Source: Eledone cirrhosa (taxonomy: Eukaryota). From it: a stretch of DNA of 64,000 nt. The notes below the pieces were generated by a model. That model ran no database searches. It had not been told where the DNA came from and worked only from the letters and a program-made list of their open reading frames with translations. The DNA lies in assembly GCA_964016885.1 (NCBI GenBank), contig OZ024751.1, positions 6,572,001 to 6,636,000 on the forward strand, given 5' to 3'. The translations under genes were made by a program, and so were the position numbers. Each line of letters begins with the position of its first letter. Position 1 is the first letter of the stretch. Shown one piece after another: positions 53,665 to 64,000 of this stretch.

Positions 53665-53667
<3 letters not shown>

Positions 53668-54765
53668 GATAACAAGTTATCCCATAATCCAGTTAGAGGT
53701 TGTGAGTACTCTGCGTTGAGGATAGTTTTAACGTACGGCTTTGTTTGACTCAACAAGATGCTCCCATAGTTATGCAGCGAGTTCGCTGTAATTCCTATGC
53801 ACGTTATACTTGGAGTAATAATAGTGTAGGAATGAAGAGTAACATGGTTGGCTGTACAATAAGGGGCTTTATTTAAAGTACTGACAATTGTTTCGTTGAT
53901 CAGGTGAGTCTAGAGGTCGCTAATCGCTTGAAGTTGCGTCACTCGATCTCCAATAAATTATTTACCTCTGGTCAACACATCAGAGTACGTAAATATAAAA
54001 ATAAGTAACTTGAGGCAAGACATATATAGAAGAATAGCGTATAATCAAAACAATAACATCAATAATAAAACATATATAGTAAATATGTAGAGAGGTTACA
54101 GATGTAAAAAGTAAAAAAGTAAAAGAACCATGATTTGAACCAGCAATCCCAACATCTAAAAATTAGAACTGAACCACCTAGATTTTAACATATAGAATAC
54201 ACCATCACAATGTTATTAGCTGTCAAACGGCCAACTGGTCACTGGATCATAAATCTCTGAACATCTCTTTCACCCTCTCTCGCTGAACCAGCATCAACCC
54301 TATTAAGATAGAACAATCAGCAAAACATTTACAATAAACCTCTTCACCCCTAGCCCGTAAATATAATACATGCATCCCCCAATTAATCTCTAATTTATTG
54401 TTTTTTTCTTTTATCTGTCACTACACGTATCTATCTACATCTCGAAACTGATTTTTTCATGTTAGCACCAAGGGTTCCCTATATGAACACTTACTCACCA
54501 CTACTACTAACATACTATGTACTTACATGCATGCTCTCACCTATCTTTATTTATTTATTTATATTTTACCTTTTCTCATTTTCTTACTTTTTTAATGTAC
54601 CTTATCTTATCTTTTACTTTTTACTTTTTACTTTTTACTTTTTACTTTTTACATCTGTAACTTCTCTACCTATTTACTATATATGTTTTATTATTGATGT
54701 TATTGTTTTGATTATACGCTATTTTTCTATCTATGTCTTGCCTCGAGTGAATTATTTTCATATAC
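53665..54765. mobile_element. Tail-out PLE-like element, family O
   Basis: 53995-54125 is inverted to about 54630-54762; HHR on the minus arm. The spacer has a decayed PLE-like ORF end (..LNQHQPY.DRTISKTFTINLF). Confidence 0.75.
53878..53988 (-). ncRNA. Type I HHR with 82-nt stem II (family O), A9U
   Basis: GTACT-CTGATGT-GTTGACCAG...[AGAGGT/ACCTCT helix]...CTGATCAAC-GAAA-CAATTG-TC^AGTAC. Confidence 0.8.
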
Positions 54766-54784
54766 AAATGGCACATTACATGGA

Positions 54785-54822
<38 letters not shown>

Positions 54823-54834
54823 ATAATAATAAAT

Positions 54835-55032
54835 TAGAAGACTAAAATCCAAAGAGGGCTCGATAAGGATAAACATATATCAAATATATAAGAACCATAG
54901 AGCAAATATTTATTAAAATAACAGATTAAAGTTTAAGCAAAGAATCGCTGCTTTCACCCTTAACAGAAGATCCCGTGAAGGGTGAAAGCAGCGATTATTT
55001 GCTTAAAACTTTAATCTGTTATTTTAATAAAT
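54835..55032. mobile_element. Tail-out fold-back of family F
   Basis: 54906-54961 is inverted to 54978-55033; plus strand CAGAAGA-TCCC GTGAA GGGT-GAAA-GCAGCGATT. Confidence 0.8.
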
Positions 55033-55047
55033 ATATATATATATATA

Positions 55048-55100
55048 TGTGTGTGTGTAAAAGGTAAACAGTAATAAGAAAACAAATGGCACAGTACATG

Positions 55101-55150
<50 letters not shown>

Positions 55151-55203
55151 CACGTACTGTGCCATTTGTTTTCTTATTACTGTTTACATTTTACACACAC
55201 ACA
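55048..55203. repeat. Inverted repeat centred on a (TA)n tract
   Basis: 55048-55104 is the near-perfect reverse complement of 55147-55203. Confidence 0.88.
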
Positions 55204-56604
55204 CACTAACACACATATATATATAATTCCATGTACACTTGCGTATATATCTACGTACACACACACATCCGCACACGCTGACTGACAGATGCAAGCAAAT
55301 GAAAAACTACATAAATATACATATTTTCAGCAAAAGTGATAATAGATGTATATCTTGCTTAGAAACGGTGTATATTGTCATGCTAGTCAATTCAATGTTC
55401 ATATTTCCATTAAACGTTCATTGAATGTGTTAAATATCATCACTCGCTTATGATTGTATAAATATGGAAACAAACATAAGGAGAAACACAGAGAAATATA
55501 CATTTTTTTCCAAATGACTTATATGTATGTGTTTATTAGTTTAGAGCTTTTCCCTGACTCTGCGTGCCTTCTAGATTATATGCGCTTTAACGCAATGCTT
55601 TACTTCATGACAGGACGCTAAAGTATATCTGATAGAGTTTGAATATATAATAAAAGTGTAATATTATCGTATATAGCATCACGGAATATTATCGTTATGG
55701 AAATTGAACGAGGCATTCTTATTATAGAAAACAGAATATGGTTGAAATCATATTCCGAAATTATATACAGAACCTTCTTCTATAGATATATCATTTAGAT
55801 TCCTGAAGTATTGCTCGAATTTCTCAGCTAATAATTGTATGTATGTTTTGTTTATCAATTTTCATGCTTGTTACTCGTTCTAAATCTATTCATAATATAT
55901 TCTATAGATTATCACAACTGAACATGGCCGCCCGTGAATATTGCTAGAAATTATTTCAACTGACGTAGATATGCAATGTCTCTGTGGAGGACTTGGTGTC
56001 ACAAGTTATGATGTCACTGGTAAACCAAGGGGTACTGTTTATAGATAGTAAAGGAGTTCGAAAAAAACCGAATCTGGATTATTTACAATATTGTTAGAGT
56101 TGTATTGAATTGACATCAGTAAGAAATGTGTTTAAATTCACGTCATAAACCTTTAATCCTCATGGGAAACACATGCAGTCATTACACTGCATACATATAA
56201 CAAAGCTTGTTCAACTGGAAATAGTAAGCGAAGTTTCAGTTTTGAGGAAGTACCATACAATCTAAATAATACAGTGAAACACATGCACACATATGAACAA
56301 ATAGTCCTACTTTTGAAAAGTAAGTGGTAACAGTTGCACCGTGTTATGTGTAAGTGGTAACATTTAGAATATAACAATGTCTCATATTTAATATATTACA
56401 CATTATGTTTTTCTTCTTACGCATAGAAAAAGATGATAACAAAGTTCCACCATTTTTGTTTCTCTGGAGTATACTTACAGGATCATCAACCTATACTCAT
56501 ACACCCACAGGGAAAGTGACTAGTCTCATTAAGTAGTCGTAAATATGAATATGTAGTCTAACTCTATACCGAAATCGTCCTTTGGAATGAGTACTCTACT
56601 TTAT

Positions 56605-56654
<50 letters not shown>

Positions 56655-57653
56655 TATATCTATTGAGTGGGAGAGAAATAGAAAGTGTGGGAAAGGGATC
56701 TGAACTGTCGTAATCTTATGACTATGTCCCTGTGATAGACCTACAATTGATATTGGGAAAATAAAATAAAATTATTCTAAACAGAGAAAATATTCCCTAA
56801 TTATATTTTAGCAAATAGTTAATCTACATTACATTTTTATACTAGGTTAAAGCTATGGACCTTATTAACTCTCATTTTTTTAGTAAATCAATGGGCCAGG
56901 TATTTCAATGAGATCAAAGCTTTTGTAATTTTTCTTTGAACATTTTTCGATATTGTCAGTGAATCTTTCTCCAATTTGTAATTGTTGTAAGATCAATAAT
57001 GTTGAGTGAACAACATGCCGTTGAGATAAATATGTTACGTTTACTATAAATAGAAATACGAAACATCAACTTAAAACCCAAAATAGAATTCTTTTTATTC
57101 TAAGGAATGTTGTATACGTAAAAGGTAACCTTTTTCTTTTTCTTATTTCCTTGAAATTTGTCAAACTCGTCAAATACAGATTCAATTCCTGTCAATTCGC
57201 ATCAAAAACCAATATGGTTCTTTGATTTAATTTTCTTATATAAAATTAATAATATTTATGGAAGTCATTGGAATATACATCAATAAGTAGATACGACTAG
57301 AAATGTCTTTGTACGTATTTTGGTGAGGATCAGAGGAAATATTGGAGTATTGAAAATTCGCATTGATTAAATAATGTTAGACATTGCAGACAGATTGTCG
57401 TATGTGCTTCTATAATATTATGTCGGTAACTAAGCTGAAACGTAAAATAATTACAACGTGTATAATATATTTCAAATATCGGCTTCGACATGTAATTCCA
57501 GACTGTATCCGACAAAACTCTAGAAATGAAATTATAATGCTTTGACAACGGCTCGCCTCCTCCAGACACACAGATCAGCTATGAATACTAGACTATGTCG
57601 CCAAGATTAGTATTCTATACTCTCTCTTTCTCTCTTTCTCTCTCTCTCTCTAT

Positions 57654-57705
<52 letters not shown>

Positions 57706-59253
57706 TATATACGTGTGTGTGTCTCTCTCTGTTTCTATCATTGAAGCAACTTATGTACGTAAATACATATATAGAACTTGTGTATTATAATTCATATATC
57801 AATGAATGGTTAAAGAATGCAGTTAGGAAGCATTTAACGTTTAATCCAAATATGGAAATATCTGTTAATCGCTGTTGGTTTTATGGACACATTTCTGTGG
57901 GGATTGTACGTTGTTTTATCTCCTGCTTCCAATCAACATGAGTGGTGATCTTACGGGAAGTTAACCGCGTCGTATATATCGATTTGGATTTCACCATTCT
58001 TTGATTTTATCACCTGTCTGTTATGGCTGAGGTTTATAACGTCAGCAACGTCTTACACCAACACTTAATTAAATGACTAATTATTTAATCAATTAAATAC
58101 TTTAGTAATTAATTAACTAACAATTATTAACTTAATTATTCACTTACAAGCAGAATCTATATATATTATTAGCGACACAAACTTGTAAGAAATGTGTGCT
58201 GCGAAATATATTATCTAAACACTACTGCGAGACAAATCGAAAATAAGATTAAGAAATCATGAAAACCTATGATTTAGTGCATTGCCCCGTGAAAAAAACT
58301 AAACGTTATATCAATAATTCATTTTATTGTTCATTTTACAAATACTTCTGCAAATATTTGTCTCTTGAGAAATAAAGCTACAGCGGCTTAGTCACTAGTT
58401 CGCTTCATTTGCGATGTCGGCAGCAACAAAGATGTTTATGTTATTTTTATATTCGTGTCCTTTGTTTTAAGTTAAATAGAGAGAGACATCGATCGGAGAA
58501 AACAATGAGATCGCAACAAGTCATGTAAGATAAATAAATACACGAAAGACATATTCCAGTAAGGTTTTAGGTTCTTATTGATTTGTTAGTTTTCCTCTTC
58601 GAAAATAAGATATAAAATCCAATAAGAAATGTAATACTGAAATAAATAGAGAGTGAAATAATAAGAAGTACACACAAAAGAATAACAAAAGTAGTCGGAT
58701 TTACTTCATATTTCATTCGCAAATGAAAAGCACCTCTTCAGAATTATTAGATGTGATAGAATTTCCTTTCTCTAGCACCAGTTCACATTCTTTTTTTCTG
58801 TACAAATGTGCATATCTACTCGTACATATTTTATTTGTTAAATATTTATATGATATTTTCAAAACCTAATACGATATAATTAAGTCAAATGTAATGCCAT
58901 GTTGATATATTTTGTATTGTATGTTAATATAACTATTGTCTCTTTTCGTATTGATTATTTCAAACAAAAATATAAATCAAATAAAATGAACAAGATTTGA
59001 TGATTATGATATATATAAATATTTAATTATAGTACATTATAAAAATATTCTCTAATATTTACACAGCTGACATAATCGTATTAAGACAAATACCTCCAGA
59101 CGGATATATATATATATACATATATAAACATGTATATATATACATATATATATACATATATATATACATATATATATATACATATGTATATACATATATA
59201 TATACATATATATGTACATATATATATACATATATATATATACATATATATAT

Positions 59254-59334
<81 letters not shown>

Positions 59335-59522
59335 ATATAGAGAAACACACAGATACATGCGGACACACACATATACATGCATATATCCACATCCATCCTT
59401 CAGGGTTATAAGAGGCTTAGCTCTGTTTCTTGACCGCTGTATCACGTGATTGACTCCCCCTCCGCCTTTTGGGATTCTATCTCGCATCTTACAGACGTGT
59501 TTTTGAAACCCTTAATGAGGTA

Positions 59523-59612
59523 TCCTCTTGATAAGTCGGCAGACCTCACAAATATTATATATCTCTGTGATGTATTGTTTTTGATTATGCCACGAAACTA
59601 CGTAGTCGAGGA
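59523..59612 (+). ncRNA. Type I HHR, U3-A8 variant, 59-nt stem II (family M, copy 1)
   Basis: TCCTC-TTGATAA-GT C GGCA...TCACA..TGTGA...TGCC AC-GAAA-CTACGTAG-TC^GAGGA; predicted cleavage after 59607. Confidence 0.85.
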
Positions 59613-60112
59613 ATTTAGAAGCAGTTTAGGTATGATACATCTTATTACTAATTATATTTAATGTTTCTTCTCTCTTCATAATGTACTTTATAGCGCTGAT
59701 ACTGGTTCAGTCTAATCCATTCGGATTGGTTTGTCCCAGTTATTCATAGAGCAACATCGGTTAAGGTTGGCACCATTAACTCAAGGATGGATGTGGATAT
59801 ATGCATGTATATGTGTGTGTCCGCATGTATCTGTGTGTTTCTCTATATATTGTTTATAACTCCCTTTGGTCGAGTAACCCTTGAAGTGTAGTGACTGCTG
59901 GAAAGCTACCATTACTCATACTTCTTTCCCCCTTAACCACCTCTTCTACGGCCTCGATATAAATACCCCCTCCGCCTCCGTGGTATTTTTTCAGGGTTAT
60001 AAGAGGCTTAGCTCTGTTTCTTGACCGCTGTATCACGTGATTGACCCCCCTCCGCCTTTTGGGATTCTATTTCGCATCTTACAGACGTGTTTTTGAAACC
60101 CTTAATGAGGTA

Positions 60113-60202
60113 TCCTCTTGATAAGTCGGCAGACCTCACACAAATTATATATCTCTGTGATGTATTGTTTTTGATTATGCCACGAAACTACGTAGTCGAG
60201 GA
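60113..60202 (+). ncRNA. Type I HHR, U3-A8 variant (family M, copy 2)
   Basis: Same core and stems as copy 1; predicted cleavage after 60197. Confidence 0.85.
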
Positions 60203-60272
60203 ATTTAGAAGCAGTTTAGGTATGATACATCTTATTCCTAATTATATCTAATGTTTCTTCTCTCTTCATAAT

Positions 60273-60336
<64 letters not shown>

Positions 60337-60407
60337 AATGAAAGGTATAGAAAACATTGTAATGTATATATATGTATATACTGTATATATGTATGTGTTT
60401 GTGTGTA

Positions 60408-60525
<118 letters not shown>

Positions 60526-60526
60526 A

Positions 60527-61378
60527 TAGGTATTAGGATTGGTGCTCTGAAATAGCGATGCATACATGCATGTATGTACAATATATTTGGCAATAAACCG
60601 TATTTAATTAAAAACATTTTGAAGACCTTGCGCAATCATTTTTACCGAAAATCATAGAGGCTGGATTCTTATAGAATTCCAGTAATAATCAGGAACTGAT
60701 TATACAGAGCGATTGCCGGTCCAGTAAATATTAGGTATTAGGAGTGGTGCTCTGAAATAGCGATGTATGTATGAATGTATGTATAGTCTATTTGGCAATG
60801 TACCGTATGTTTACTTAAAAACATGTTGAAGACCTTGCTCTATCATTTTTAAAGTAGTGACTATGTCACTTACTTCTTTTTTTTTACAAAAGAAGGGAGA
60901 GAAGCTGACAGAGTCTGTTTTACAAATCTTAGAAGCTGGATTCTTATAGAATTCCAGTAATAATCAAGGAGATGATTATACAGAGCGTTTGCCGGTCCAG
61001 TAAAAATTAGGTATTAGGATCGGTGCTCTGAAATAGCGATGTATGCATGAATGTATGTATATTAATTAAACATACGTTATATTGCCAAATAAACTATACA
61101 TCGCTATTTCAGAGCACAAATCCTAATACCTAATATTTGCTGGACCGACAATCGCTCTGTATAATCAGTTCCTGATTATTACTGGAATTCTATAAAAATC
61201 CAACTTCTATGATTTTCGGCAAAGGCAAAGCGTGAAACAGATTCTGTCAGCTTCTCTCCCTTCTTTTGCCGAAAAAAAAGAAGTAAATGACATAGTCACT
61301 ACTTTAAAAATGATAGCGCAAGGTCTTCAAAATGTGTTTAATTAAACATACAGTATATTGCCAAATATATTATACATA
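60527..61378. mobile_element. Tandem plus inverted non-coding repeat, family L (about 280-300 bp unit), retrozyme-like
   Basis: Units start at 60527, 60732 and 61008; 61062-61378 is inverted; HHR-like 3' half at 61234-61252; TA on both sides; small fragment at 48359-48384. Confidence 0.8.
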
Positions 61379-61379
61379 T

Positions 61380-62155
<776 letters not shown>

Positions 62156-62191
62156 TATTATTATGTAATAAACAACATAAGGCAATTATTC

Positions 62192-62245
62192 CATTTACCA
62201 GTGGTTTCTTAAAAGCAAAAGGTTTTGCTTTCAATCCTCAGAATG
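62192..62245 (-). ncRNA. Type I HHR, intact core (family N)
   Basis: CATT-CTGAGGA-TTGAAAGCAAAA CC TTTTGCTTTTAA-GAAA-CCACTGG-TA^AATG. Confidence 0.8.
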
Positions 62246-62533
62246 AAAAATCCTGGTTTGTTTATTGAATATGGATTCTAAAAACAAAAATGCAATCTAT
62301 ATGAAAGTGAGGCTGGAAAAGGGAGTAGGAAAGGAAAAATAAAATAAAACTACACATCCAAACACACACAAAAAAAACACAAAAGCATACTTACACACAC
62401 ATACATATATACACATATATAAATATACGCATACACATATACATATACACATATATATATATATATATAAAGAGCGTACACCTACACACACATACACATA
62501 TATACACACGTATATACACATACATACATTCAT

Positions 62534-62571
<38 letters not shown>

Positions 62572-62613
62572 ACACACACACATACACACACACATATATA
62601 TACATGTACATAT

Positions 62614-62671
<58 letters not shown>

Positions 62672-63237
62672 GTGTGTGTACAAGCATACACATACACACA
62701 CACATATATATACACACATACATACATTCACACAAACATACAACGTACATACATACACATACATGAATGCACTCCACTACATATTCACACACGCAAATAA
62801 ATATAAGAAAAAAATATATAAATATATATTAACAAATTTTTGACAGCGATACATGCCCCAGCTAACAGGACAGACACGCGTGGTAAGTAATACACACAAA
62901 AGCACATATACATACGTACGAAATAGAGATGCTGTCCTCATCTGAAATCGCATCTGATCTGTAATTGGATTGACACTCCTACGATAAATCAACCGCCTTG
63001 AACTCCTTCTCTGCTCTTTACTTTTGCTACGGTTTTTATTTTGCTGATTCTACCTTCTGTACTCTTGTATATTTAAAAATTTTTTTCTCCCTTACCTCCC
63101 CTTATATTTTTATCTCCTCTTACCCCCCCCCCCATATATTCTTTTTGTTTTGCCCTTCACATACCTATGTGTATGTGTATGTATTTTTGTGTGTATATAT
63201 ATATATGTGTATGTATGTATATATGTACGTATATGTT

Positions 63238-63361
<124 letters not shown>

Positions 63362-63438
63362 CGTGTCTGTATGTGTGTATATAATTGTATATTTGTGTGT
63401 GTATATGTATGTGTATGTGGATAAACCAGGCCTTTTTT

Positions 63439-63492
63439 CATTCTGAAGATTGAAGGAAACTTTTTTTGTTTTTAAGAAACCTCTGGTGAATG
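63439..63492 (+). ncRNA. Type I HHR, decayed (family N; GUG site)
   Basis: CATT-CTGAAGA-[weakened stem II]-GAAA-CCTCTGG-TG AATG. Confidence 0.6.
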
Positions 63493-63939
63493 GATTAATT
63501 GCCTTGTATGGCTTTATTACTTTACTACTATATATACGTTTATGTAAGGTTCATTTGTCTTATCTAATACTGAGCTTTACACATACACACATGTATATGT
63601 GTGTGTGTGTATGTGCATGTGTGTATGTGTACGTGTATGTGTGTATATATATGTTTATATATATATATGTATATATATATATGTGTATGTATATGTATAT
63701 ATGTATATGTATAGATGTGTATATGTATGTGTATGTATGTATATGTGTGCGTGTGTATTTATTTATTTTTATGTATATGTGGGTTTGTGTGTGGGTGTGT
63801 GTGTGTATGTGTGTGTGTTTGTATTTAGTTGTGCGTTCTTTTGATATATACGTATTTGCATGTGTATAATTGTTTAGCTATGTATGTATATGTGTGTTTA
63901 CGTATTTATATGTGTGTGTGCGTTTATATTTTATGTTTT

Positions 63940-63995
<56 letters not shown>

Positions 63996-64000
63996 ATATA

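Larger units (their letters stand above)
59330..60277 (+). mobile_element. Non-coding retrozyme-like element, family M (about 1.5 tandem units of 590 bp plus an inverted 5' piece)
   Basis: 59399-59687 is repeated at 59989-60277; 59331-59400 is inverted to 59783-59852; two HHRs; (TA)n on both flanks; no credible ORF. Confidence 0.88.

Overview
AT-rich, gene-poor animal DNA packed with (TA)n/(CA)n microsatellites. The repeat content, including nine copies of one tRNA-type SINE resembling octopus SINEs from recall, suggests a cephalopod genome; this is an inference. No intact host gene was found, and most listed ORFs are microsatellite translation artefacts. The real coding remnants are decayed retroelements: four Penelope-like element (PLE) RT and/or GIY-YIG pieces (two Naiad-type), a near full-length Tx1/L1-clade LINE, RTE and CR1-like fragments. 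There is also a Tigger-like MITE, a Helitron-like element and a mariner relic. The main hidden signal is at least 10 distinct families of short, mostly non-coding elements sitting in (TA)n tracts. They are usually tandem or tail-out inverted (fold-back) copies and carry type I hammerhead ribozymes (HHR) with palindromic stem III. Four unrelated families have stem II extended by 59-84 nt. The best case is a non-coding element at 59330-60277 with two intact U3-A8-variant HHRs whose predicted cleavage sites are 590 nt apart, a candidate retrozyme/circRNA. Many families also share a TATYGAGTRC-like motif 40-80 nt from their 3' end. All folds and alignments were done by eye, and family letters are my own labels.
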